NCBI GenBank assembly: GCA_002790675.1 | Contig: PFVP01000032.1 | Coordinates: 1-32,698 of the forward strand | DNA: 32,698 bases | Direction of reading: 5' to 3' | From: Candidatus Moranbacteria bacterium CG_4_9_14_3_um_filter_45_14 | GTDB lineage: Bacteria > Patescibacteriota > Minisyncoccia > Moranbacterales > UBA1568 | Shown here: piece by piece, positions 17,416 to 26,373 of the stretch | Position numbering within the stretch: position 1 is the stretch's first letter | Layout: each line of letters begins with the position of its first letter | Notes under the pieces: generated by a model | What the model was told of the DNA's origin: nothing | The model's database searches: none | What the model saw: the letters and a program-made list of their open reading frames with translations, nothing else | Position numbers and translations under genes: made by a program

Positions 17416-17721
17416 TTACATCGCCCCTTCTGCCAATTCTTCCTTAAATTTGGTCACTATGCCACGAACAAAAATATTATACCCTGGAATCTTGCTCTCA
17501 AAAAACACTTCAAACTCTTCTGGCTTGGCCCCCCTATCCAGCATTGCTTCGTATTCCTTCATATTGGCACTCCCCAGTTTCTCCATCGTATCGATGAAAA
17601 TTCGTTTAAATAATGACTCTCCCATCTTCTCGAGAAGTTTTTCTTTCTTGTCTTCTGGAACATCCTCCAGATGAAAAGACTGTATAAGTTCTTCTTTCAA
17701 CGCCTCTTGATCAAGTGTCAT
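17416..17721 (-). CDS. hypothetical small acidic helical protein (101 aa), operon member
   Basis: ATG start with 18-19-nt gaps to both neighbours. No TM helix. No motif recognised. Confidence 0.5.
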   Translation of the reverse strand: MTLDQEALKEELIQSFHLEDVPEDKKEKLLEKMGESLFKRIFIDTMEKLGSANMKEYEAMLDRGAKPEEFEVFFESKIPGYNIFVRGIVTKFKEELAEGAM

Positions 17722-17740
17722 AGTCGTTATGTATAAAGAA

Positions 17741-20500
17741 TTATGGTTTAAAGAATCCTTTTATCTCTTTGCCTGTACGAAGAGCAACGGTGGTCATCCT
17801 TCTCGTATAATGGTCGATATTCTCACCGGCTTCTACCTGAGAGAACTTCACCCCGAAAGCTTTCTCGGAAGCTTCGGTGAATCTCACCAGTTCTTTCATC
17901 TGATCATAGTGAAGCGGGTTCTGTATTCTATCATATCTATATCCCAATTTCTCATTTTCAAAACCGTTCACATCTTTCAATACATCTGACATCTTCGTGG
18001 CGCCGAGTTTCTGCCCATTCATAGTATAATCATACTCTATCGGTACACTGGCCTCTCCGGGATTCATCATAAAGATATTCATTCGGATCCGCCCCAACGT
18101 CGTATTGAAACGGCCAAAATCTTCCGGATGTTCTGTAAGATAAGCTTTCGGATCAGTAAAAGCAATGTTCTCTTGTACCAATACATTTCTCGTTTCCTGA
18201 ATAGCAATATCTGGATTTGATCCATCTATCCCTCCTGCTAAAAGGGTATTCCCATCAGTCATTTTGATCACATCTGATTGATGAGGAGAACCACTACCTA
18301 AAATTTCATCCACTCTTGCATTAGTGAGCATCGTTTTAGGATGATTCGTAACATATTCCGCTATTTTTGCATCATTGGAAACAATCGAGGAAAGCTGATC
18401 GGAAGAAAGTGCTTTCGTCTGAGCGAGCACATCTGCAATAAATTTTTCATCAATGCCGTGTGATGAGAAATTGATTGTTTCTCCTGCCTTAAGTTGTACA
18501 TCACCATACTGATCCTTCAACGCATCAATAAAGTGCGTTTTCTCTGGTTCGTCGAGTTTCATCGTATCCGCTAACCTCCCCGCTATTTTCCAGACAGAAT
18601 CACCTTTCTGGACAACATAATCCTTATCGAACATACCGCTTATCATATCCGGTTTCACCACTGGTTGAGCCTCAGCGGGTATGATAGGTTTCGCTGAAAT
18701 ATTCGCAGGTAGGACTTCAGATCCGTAAAAAGCATTTACAATATGGTTCTTTGTCCAATCAACCGCTTCATTTCCGCCCAAATGATCCATCGCCACCTGT
18801 GTCAACCATCCGGATCCGACAAGACCCCCGACTCCTACAGCCCCCAACTTTCGCCACGTCTTGACTCTTTTTTCATTCTGTAATTTCCCATTGAGTGAAG
18901 CAATATCTTTTTTGAGGAATGCATTCAAAACATCGATATTTACTTCCGGTTTTGCACTCAGGTTTTCTTTTCCAAATATCTTGAGTTGTTCTTGTATTTC
19001 TTCTTCTGATTGAGTTGTTTTACTTCTTTCTCCGAAACTTTCCAAGAGTGCTTCAACACCAACTGCTGTTCCCGCACCGCTGGCAATTTTTCGTATCACG
19101 GAAACGAAAGCCATCGCTCCTAAAGCTGTTCCGCCCCCACCTGATAACACCGTTGCTGTCGTAATGCCCAAAAAAGCGGCTGTTATCGCTAATTTTCCTT
19201 TCAGAGGAATGCGATTATATGCACGCCCCATATTGCCGAAAAGAACCGTCATTTTCTCGAAAGCACTTGCGTCCGAGAAATGCTCTGATTTATATCGAAC
19301 GCGTTCATCTATAAGATTTTTTGATTCATCAATCTTATAATACCTCAATAATTGTTCTGCTCTTCTTGATTGTTGTTCTCGAGTGAGAGATGCATCATTT
19401 TGCAATGTTTCTATTTCAGCCTCCCTGAGATTCTGCAGCGCGTTTTCATAAAGTACTTGATTTTCACCTTTCTTTTTATCCTTCTCAATACCGAACATAC
19501 TTCTAATTTTTTTCCAAGCAGTTGTCGTTTCAGCATCTTCTTTGACCCATGCAGCACGGAATTCTCTCACGAAAATACGAAGGTCGTCGATATTTCGCTG
19601 TCCCCCCTCTCGATCTGATAAAACAGACTCTCCCTCCTGTTGTTCAGAAGTTTTCTCATCGATCATTTCTCTTTCTTTTACAACGTCATCCGGTCTTTCA
19701 CTTGCCTCTTCCAGAGGAGGATGGAGTTCCAAGTATTGCTTGGCAAAAACTTTTCCTGAAACATAGTCTTCTTCGGTATCAGTATCATCAGTATGATCAC
19801 CCAAAGAAGGAGTTTCTGTATCTTGTTTCGCTGGAATTTTTTCCGATATGGATCCAACGCCGATGTCTACCAATTTCCATCCATTCTGATGTCTTTTCCA
19901 AGCGGATTCTGTTTTCACAATACTATTGTTTTTACCAACCAAATCATCGCCACTACGCCTATAATACGCTTTGTGCCCATTTTCACTCATCAAAATCAAG
20001 AGTTCCCCGTCAGGAACGCTCTCTACGAATGTTTTTACCCGAAAATCTTCCAATTCCTCTTCTCTCGGTATTTCTTCCTGTTTTGACTCAGCAACTCTAA
20101 CAAAATCGGTACTTTGTTCCATACTGGCAGGAACAACCGCTTTCGCTCGCTCATCTTCTTCCTGTTGCTGTGTTTTCAATGTATTCTTATTGTTATTTCT
20201 TTTTGGGTTGAATGGGCTTCTTATATATCTGTCATCGACATCTTTGCCAGCCGGAAAATTCTGAGTGACATTTGCTGTCACCTCAACCTTGACTGCTGGC
20301 ATCGCGAACTTCGCAGGTTGTGTTCTTATAGAAACATCTGCATTCTGTGCGGGCTCTGATTGCTGTTTCGGTTCTTCCCGAGGTACATCGAGACCAAGCT
20401 TTGCTCTGACACGTTTTATCATAGGCGCTACCAACTCCTGAGCGAATTTTTCTCCCTCTGCTCTAGGTAAATACGGTAATAATTTTCTGGGCTCACTCAT
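17741..20500 (-). CDS. 919-aa membrane protein with LysM peptidoglycan-binding domain
   Basis: The N-terminal ~440 aa are charged. Gly/Ala-rich TM segments follow (LAITAAFLGITTATVLSGGGG..., LGAVGVGGLVGSGWLTQVA). A LysM-like segment is present (YVVQKGDSVWKIAGRLADTMKLDE...LKAGETINF), then a ~250-aa C-terminal domain of unknown function. The start overlaps the upstream stop (ATGA). Confidence 0.7.
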   Translation of the reverse strand: MSEPRKLLPYLPRAEGEKFAQELVAPMIKRVRAKLGLDVPREEPKQQSEPAQNADVSIRTQPAKFAMPAVKVEVTANVTQNFPAGKDVDDRYIRSPFNPKRNNNKNTLKTQQQEEDERAKAVVPASMEQSTDFVRVAESKQEEIPREEELEDFRVKTFVESVPDGELLILMSENGHKAYYRRSGDDLVGKNNSIVKTESAWKRHQNGWKLVDIGVGSISEKIPAKQDTETPSLGDHTDDTDTEEDYVSGKVFAKQYLELHPPLEEASERPDDVVKEREMIDEKTSEQQEGESVLSDREGGQRNIDDLRIFVREFRAAWVKEDAETTTAWKKIRSMFGIEKDKKKGENQVLYENALQNLREAEIETLQNDASLTREQQSRRAEQLLRYYKIDESKNLIDERVRYKSEHFSDASAFEKMTVLFGNMGRAYNRIPLKGKLAITAAFLGITTATVLSGGGGTALGAMAFVSVIRKIASGAGTAVGVEALLESFGERSKTTQSEEEIQEQLKIFGKENLSAKPEVNIDVLNAFLKKDIASLNGKLQNEKRVKTWRKLGAVGVGGLVGSGWLTQVAMDHLGGNEAVDWTKNHIVNAFYGSEVLPANISAKPIIPAEAQPVVKPDMISGMFDKDYVVQKGDSVWKIAGRLADTMKLDEPEKTHFIDALKDQYGDVQLKAGETINFSSHGIDEKFIADVLAQTKALSSDQLSSIVSNDAKIAEYVTNHPKTMLTNARVDEILGSGSPHQSDVIKMTDGNTLLAGGIDGSNPDIAIQETRNVLVQENIAFTDPKAYLTEHPEDFGRFNTTLGRIRMNIFMMNPGEASVPIEYDYTMNGQKLGATKMSDVLKDVNGFENEKLGYRYDRIQNPLHYDQMKELVRFTEASEKAFGVKFSQVEAGENIDHYTRRMTTVALRTGKEIKGFFKP

Positions 20501-21477
20501 AGTTTTGTTTTGTCAATAGCTGATTCCTCCAAACTTCTCAGTATCGCTATAAATACCTTGTTCCCATCTCTTCTCGGTACTGATTGGTATCTCTCCAAAT
20601 ACTCGATTATCATCTCTTGCACCTGTGGCGAAGAAAACATCCTCCAGAGTCTCGCTCTCTCCCTGCGTGAAACAAAGGCTTTCTCAGCACGTGCTCTGTC
20701 AGAAATCTTTCGATCAAATGCCTGCCGTTCGTCGATAATCAATTTTCCAAGCATATTGATCGTTTCCCGTCCTTTCGGCTGATCCACCAAGAAATCATCC
20801 AGTTCTCTCCTCCAGAGGGTATCCGAGATCATCTCCGCTGGCGCACGATCGCCTCTTCTCTCTATTTTGACACCTGTCTCCCCTTTTTTTGAACCGACAA
20901 GAACCTTGAGGTCAGCATTCGGTTCTTTGGTCATTTTTTCTCCTTGTGCTTTCATAATAGCTTCTTGCACTTTCATAGGCATCGTATTTACAATCAAGCG
21001 AAGATCGTCAAATACTTCAAGGATACGCAATTTTTCAGTTGTTGAGTCTCTCTTTTTCCCTGGTGCAAGCGGTTCATCATTCAGTGTGTTCCATCGAGTC
21101 CCTATTTTCTCAATATCTCCGTAAAGTCTGTCATAAAGAGCTTCTTCATCTGCTTTTTTGAGAGTCTTACTCCATTCATCCAACTCTCCAGTAACGACCG
21201 AAAATTTTCGAACAAAAGATTCTTCCAACTCTCTTATCTGTGTCTCATCCGTTTCCATAGAATCACGCAAAACGGCGTCTGTCATTGCGGGACCGGATTG
21301 TTCATCTGATTTTTCCGTGGCGGGTTCTTCTACAGAGTCCTTGAATCCATCAGTAAAAACAAGACTCCCTTCTTCTTCAGATTGTTGAGACCCAGATAAC
21401 CCCGAACTGCTGGAAGATTTCTCACTGCCGGCAGCCCTCATCGATTGACGACCGTGCATACTTTCAAAAGCGTTCAT
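20497..21477 (-). CDS. hypothetical acidic soluble protein (326 aa), first gene of the operon
   Basis: Ser/Glu-rich, disordered N-terminus and a helical C-terminal half. Its TGA stop overlaps the ATG of the 919-aa gene at 20497-20500. No motif recognised. Confidence 0.55.
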   Translation of the reverse strand: MNAFESMHGRQSMRAAGSEKSSSSSGLSGSQQSEEEGSLVFTDGFKDSVEEPATEKSDEQSGPAMTDAVLRDSMETDETQIRELEESFVRKFSVVTGELDEWSKTLKKADEEALYDRLYGDIEKIGTRWNTLNDEPLAPGKKRDSTTEKLRILEVFDDLRLIVNTMPMKVQEAIMKAQGEKMTKEPNADLKVLVGSKKGETGVKIERRGDRAPAEMISDTLWRRELDDFLVDQPKGRETINMLGKLIIDERQAFDRKISDRARAEKAFVSRRERARLWRMFSSPQVQEMIIEYLERYQSVPRRDGNKVFIAILRSLEESAIDKTKL

Positions 21478-21537
21478 TTCGTTTTTCTTTTCAACTTATC
21501 TTTGCTATAATTCTATCATAGAAAACAAAATAAATAT

Positions 21538-23160
21538 ATGTTCAAACAATCAATACCCCGTCCTCACCACATCGCAACATGGATTCTTCTTACTCTTATA
21601 CTGACACTCGCTTTCACTGTAAGAATCTATCATATCGACAGTATCCCAGCCGGCATCTATCCTGACGAAGCTGCTAATGGTGTTGATGCTTTGAATGCGA
21701 TAGAAACCGACGATTACAAACTCTTCTACCCGGCCAATTATGGCAGGGAGGGTTTTTTCATCAATCTTCAGGCTCTCTCTATCGCACTCATAGGCAACAC
21801 GATTCTCGGACTAAAACTCTGGTCCATCCTCTTCGGCACGTTCTCAGTCCTCGGCATCTATCTCTTGAGCAAAGAACTCTTCCATAGGCGATCAGCCGGT
21901 ATCCTCTCGGCCTTTATGCTCGCCACTTCCTATTGGGCGATCAATTTCTCCCGTATCGGATTTCGCGCCATTATGGTCACCTTCATTCTTTCTTTCTCAT
22001 TCTATTTCTTCTTCCAAGGTCTGCGCACCAGAAGATTCCGTGATTTCCTCATCTCCGGCGCTATTTTAGGACTTGGCCTCCATACCTACATTGCGTTCCG
22101 GGTCACACCAATCATCCTCATCCTCCTCCTCCCTGCACTCATCCTTTCTTATGAAAATTTTCTCAAACGCTACTACAAACACGCTCTCTTCTTTCTCTTC
22201 GGGGCTTTCATCACCGCTCTGCCGATGTTTTATAATTTCTTCGTCTCGCATCCGGAAGATTTCGCATCACGTTCGGATCAGATCTCCGTCTTTTCACCGG
22301 AAATAAATCATGGAGATATCATAGGGACTCTTGCAAGAACATTCTCTCTTTCTCTCATCAAATACAATTTTTTCGGCGATCAGAATTGGCGACACAACTA
22401 CCCTCCGTATCCGATCCTCGATCCATTTGTCGGTACATTCTTTCTTGCCGGATTCCTTTTCACTCTCTGGCAGGCTGTCACCCTTATCGGTCGGCGTATC
22501 CGCGATAAAGATCGTGACACCCGCCTCGTCATCGACTTCTTCTTGCTCGGTTCTTTCTTCATTATGCTCATCCCCGAGTTTCTGACAGGGGAAGGTCTCC
22601 CTCACGCCCTCCGCTCCATCGGAACGCAGTTGCCGGTTTTCTTGATGGCCACTCTCGGCGCATTCTGGATTTTACAGAAAGCACTACGTTCACAAACGGG
22701 AGCGCGCATCGCATTTTTCTCCATCCTCATCATCACTCTTTTCGGTAGCGCCATTTTCAATCTCACAAAATACTTTGTTTTCTTCGCGAATAGTTCTGCT
22801 GCAGCAGGCTCTTTCAATGAGAACTACACCAATATGGGTCGTTATCTGCTCTCTCTCCCCGCAGACACGAAAAAGTACGTACTCTTCGATGAAAAAGGGA
22901 ATGACAGTCATTTCAATCTCCCTGTCTACGCTCATCCCGTCTATTTCCTCACTTCCGGGCGTGTCGCCAATATGGAGATCATCAGAAGCGATACTGTCAT
23001 TCACGGCCCCGCTCTCTTTCTTATGGTGAATTATAATGATGAAATAGCAAAAAAAATCGAGAAGTTTTCTCCCGGGGCATCCGTAGAGCGTATCGATATG
23101 AACGGACCGAATCGTGAAGGTGGAGATTTCAATGTCATTCTCTTGCCAGGGAACAAATAA
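21538..23160 (+). CDS. GT-C fold glycosyltransferase, family 39/83-like (PMT/ArnT-type, polyprenyl-phosphate-sugar dependent)
   Basis: Multi-TM N-terminal half with a first-loop acidic motif (IYPDEAANGVDA) and a soluble C-terminal domain. A perfect TATAAT lies at 21506-21511. Confidence 0.75.
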   Translation: MFKQSIPRPHHIATWILLTLILTLAFTVRIYHIDSIPAGIYPDEAANGVDALNAIETDDYKLFYPANYGREGFFINLQALSIALIGNTILGLKLWSILFGTFSVLGIYLLSKELFHRRSAGILSAFMLATSYWAINFSRIGFRAIMVTFILSFSFYFFFQGLRTRRFRDFLISGAILGLGLHTYIAFRVTPIILILLLPALILSYENFLKRYYKHALFFLFGAFITALPMFYNFFVSHPEDFASRSDQISVFSPEINHGDIIGTLARTFSLSLIKYNFFGDQNWRHNYPPYPILDPFVGTFFLAGFLFTLWQAVTLIGRRIRDKDRDTRLVIDFFLLGSFFIMLIPEFLTGEGLPHALRSIGTQLPVFLMATLGAFWILQKALRSQTGARIAFFSILIITLFGSAIFNLTKYFVFFANSSAAAGSFNENYTNMGRYLLSLPADTKKYVLFDEKGNDSHFNLPVYAHPVYFLTSGRVANMEIIRSDTVIHGPALFLMVNYNDEIAKKIEKFSPGASVERIDMNGPNREGGDFNVILLPGNK

Positions 23161-23354
23161 AAAACACACAAGTATTAATAGAAAATATCTTTTGCAAGAA
23201 GCTTTCCGGCAAGCTTGAAGTTTTTTCGAGCATGGTTCCGTCTTATCTACTCGAGACGGATCGAAAAAAGTTTATGCAAGGGGTTTGCCCGCTGGGGCAA
23301 ACAACTGGTTCCGGGAAAGATTGCTTGTAAAAGATATAAAATAAAAGAAACTCT

Positions 23355-25253
23355 ATGGATTTTTTGAAAAAACACGCTTATCTCATCGTTGCAGGGATCC
23401 TTTCTCTGCATTTCATCCTTGCTCTCGTCATTTCCAGTCAGGAATCGATGATTTATGATGAACGGGCTCATATCCCGGCTGCCTATAGCTATGTTCGCTT
23501 CGGCGATATGCGCCTCAATCCGGAACACCCGCCACTTCTCAAAGACCTTGCAGGGCTTCCTCTTCTCGCCCTTGATCTCTCTTTTCCTCTTAACTCTCCC
23601 GAGTGGCGATCAGGGACGAACGAACAATGGTCAGTCGGAGATATGTTTGTCAATTGTACGCGACCGGAGATGGGTTGCAACAATGCCGACAAGATTCTTT
23701 TCTGGTCCCGCCTGCCTATCACGCTGGTAGCCGTCGTCTTGGGCATTGCCATCTTTCTCTGGACGAAAGAACTCTCAGGGACGCTCGCGGGGCTTTTCGC
23801 CGTCACACTCTATGCTTTCGATCCCAATATCATCGCGCACAATCATTATGTCACGACTGATATCGGTATCGCTGCATTCCTTTTTTTCGCATTCTATTTT
23901 TTCGTCCGTTTCTTGAAAAATCCGAGTCTCAAGAACGTCATCATCGCCGGCATTTTCCTCGGCCTCGCAGAGCTCGCCAAAGTCTCTGCCATACTCCTCT
24001 TCCCTCTGTTCGGATTGACAGTCATTCTCTATGCACTCACAAAACAGAAACCTCCGAGTGATACACAGGGTCCTTTCTCCTTCAAACTCCGCACGCTCCT
24101 CGCATACAGTCTGAAATTCGCCGGAAGCGTTCTCGTCTGTTTCATACTCATCTGGTCTCTCTATGCCTGGAATACTATCAATATGCCAGGAGAAAAACTC
24201 GTCGACAGCGCCAACCTCTATCTCTCTCAAAAAAATGTCGCAGCGGAATTTGCGCACACTCTCGTAGTCAATACGAGTGAGAATGCTTTCCTCAAACCAC
24301 TGAGTGAATATTTCCTCGGGGTGGCGATGATAGTCGCCCGTGTTGAAAGCGGTAACCCTCATTACTTCCTCGGTGAAGTGACGATGACTCCCTCACGCTG
24401 GTATTTTCCGACTGTTTTCTTATTGAAAGAAACATTACCCTTCCTCCTGCTCCTTCTCCTCACAACATTCTTTACTATGTATCGCATCGGCAGAACTCTC
24501 ATTCAAGGGAAAAAAGCAGGTCTCTGCTCTTTCCTCTCCCGCTCTTTCCAGAATAAAACCGCTCAGTATCTCATCTTTTTCTTTGTCCTTCTGTATAGTT
24601 ACGTCAGTATCACGGGAAAATTGAACATCGGTTTCCGACACCTCTTCCCTCTGCTCCCCTTCCTCTCTATGCTCGTTGCGAAAACTGCCTTTGATTTCTT
24701 CAAACGCTTCGATACCGACAAAACGACAAAGAAAATGCTCTCATTTTTCCTCGGAGGCATCACTCTCTTTGTTATGGCCATTCCCATTCTGGCATATCCG
24801 AATTATCTCTCGTATTTCAATATCGCAGCCGGCGGACATAGCAATGGATACACATACGTCAGTGATTCCAATTACGATTGGGGACAAGATTTGAAAAGAC
24901 TCGGCTTGTTCATCGAGACACACAATCGATGCCAGGCTGGAACAGCGAATTTCAGCGAAGGAAAAAAATGCGCTCTCACGAAAGACTATCCTCCTATCGA
25001 CAAGATACGCATCGATTATTTCGGTGGTGCCAATCCTTCCGTTTCTCTCAAGGAAGTATTCATTCCTTGGTGGGATCAGAGAGAGCCGGAGCCGGGCTGG
25101 TATGCCATCTCATCATTCTTCTACCAAGAGAGTATCTATAAGGAGGAACCTGCTAATCAACAAGATTATTCTTGGCTGCGAAACATCCGGCCAGTAGCTC
25201 GTGCCGGGGATTCCATCTTTATCTATTACATCCCTAGGGAAGATGCGAGATAA
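23355..25253 (+). CDS. GT-C fold glycosyltransferase, family 39-like (PMT_2/ArnT-type)
   Basis: The first loop reads YDERAHIPAAYSY...NPEHPPLLKDLAGLPL (DE motif plus HPPL, typical of the PMT family). More than 10 TM segments and a soluble C-terminal domain. Confidence 0.75.
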   Translation: MDFLKKHAYLIVAGILSLHFILALVISSQESMIYDERAHIPAAYSYVRFGDMRLNPEHPPLLKDLAGLPLLALDLSFPLNSPEWRSGTNEQWSVGDMFVNCTRPEMGCNNADKILFWSRLPITLVAVVLGIAIFLWTKELSGTLAGLFAVTLYAFDPNIIAHNHYVTTDIGIAAFLFFAFYFFVRFLKNPSLKNVIIAGIFLGLAELAKVSAILLFPLFGLTVILYALTKQKPPSDTQGPFSFKLRTLLAYSLKFAGSVLVCFILIWSLYAWNTINMPGEKLVDSANLYLSQKNVAAEFAHTLVVNTSENAFLKPLSEYFLGVAMIVARVESGNPHYFLGEVTMTPSRWYFPTVFLLKETLPFLLLLLLTTFFTMYRIGRTLIQGKKAGLCSFLSRSFQNKTAQYLIFFFVLLYSYVSITGKLNIGFRHLFPLLPFLSMLVAKTAFDFFKRFDTDKTTKKMLSFFLGGITLFVMAIPILAYPNYLSYFNIAAGGHSNGYTYVSDSNYDWGQDLKRLGLFIETHNRCQAGTANFSEGKKCALTKDYPPIDKIRIDYFGGANPSVSLKEVFIPWWDQREPEPGWYAISSFFYQESIYKEEPANQQDYSWLRNIRPVARAGDSIFIYYIPREDAR

Positions 25254-25279
25254 GTGATAATAGATGCGAGATAAAAAAA

Positions 25280-25303
25280 CCCCGAGAATTCTCGGGGTTT
25301 TTC
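25280..25303. terminator. bidirectional intrinsic terminator (GT39-like gene / ftsQ)
   Basis: Perfect 18-nt palindrome ccccgagaattctcgggg (25280-25297), flanked by aaaaaaa upstream and ttttt downstream. Confidence 0.7.
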
Positions 25304-25381
25304 ATTCGACAAAATCTACACAAACTGTTTGGATTTATTCTGACATCACTTATCCATCATCCTGTATCTATTATCCTGTTC

Positions 25382-26356
25382 CTATTTTTTCTTCTTTTCA
25401 GAGGTGTCCTTGTTATCATTTTGTACCCGTGTATCAGGAACAGCAACGGGAATGATTTCCATGTTCGTTCCGTCACGAAAAGCATAATATGCCCGATTTT
25501 CCGCTCGCAAATCGATATAGGCGAGTTTCGATCGTTTCTCTCTCGGCAATTGTTTTTCAAAGAGAAGCTTGAGCGTATGGAGAGACGTTTCGATCGGAAT
25601 ATCCGTATCGAAATATACCTCCCACCCTTCGTCCGTTTTCGCCCGTAATTCTTCAGCGAAACGGGAAACGATAGTATATTTCGGTTCAAGCGTCAGTCCC
25701 AATCGTTCCGGAAAAAGCTCATTCATTCCGATAACGAATGCTCCGTACTTCGCATCAAAAACCTTCTCTCCGATCGTCACAGGTTTGTCACTCGTATCTG
25801 TAACAGTGATCACGAAGGCTTCATTCTCCAGAGACACCGCCTGCGTACTCTCGTGAGTGATACCATCTTCGTCTACGAGGTAGGATGAGTCAAGTGAATG
25901 CCAAATGATGATTTTTTTCCGCTCCGTCACGAGAAGCCTGAGTTTGTTCGGGAACAAACACTGTACGGAAATAGTGGCAAGCAATGGGTATGTAGTACGC
26001 AAACGTTCTTCCAGAATATGCGGTCGTACGACAAAATACGCGCGCTTGGGAAAAATACCCCAGTATTTTCCTGCCAACTGATCTGTTACAAATCCTTGTA
26101 GTGCTGTTTCCGAAATCACGTTCGTTCCTAAAGTTTCTATTTTCTCAATCAATATGAACGACGAAAAGAAGAAAAGATAGAAGAGTGTTCCGCAAAAAAC
26201 GATCCACAAGAAAAGAAGTGCTCCGCTTCTTCCATTCCCATTTTGTTTCTTTTTCAGCGTCCGCGAGTCCCGACGTTCCGGCAAGGCTTTCCGCAAAAAA
26301 TGGAAGGTTCTTTTCCTCCGGTGCTTCGGTCTGATTCGTTTGAATGGAAACCACAT
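25382..26356 (-). CDS. ftsQ: cell division protein FtsQ/DivIB (POTRA domain)
   Basis: Basic N-terminus and a single TM helix (LLFLWIVFCGTLFYLFFF), followed by a POTRA-like segment (IEKIETLGTNVISETALQGFV) and an FtsQ-type beta domain. Confidence 0.7.
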   Translation of the reverse strand: MWFPFKRIRPKHRRKRTFHFLRKALPERRDSRTLKKKQNGNGRSGALLFLWIVFCGTLFYLFFFSSFILIEKIETLGTNVISETALQGFVTDQLAGKYWGIFPKRAYFVVRPHILEERLRTTYPLLATISVQCLFPNKLRLLVTERKKIIIWHSLDSSYLVDEDGITHESTQAVSLENEAFVITVTDTSDKPVTIGEKVFDAKYGAFVIGMNELFPERLGLTLEPKYTIVSRFAEELRAKTDEGWEVYFDTDIPIETSLHTLKLLFEKQLPREKRSKLAYIDLRAENRAYYAFRDGTNMEIIPVAVPDTRVQNDNKDTSEKKKK

Positions 26357-26373
26357 AGGATTTTGAACCGGCT

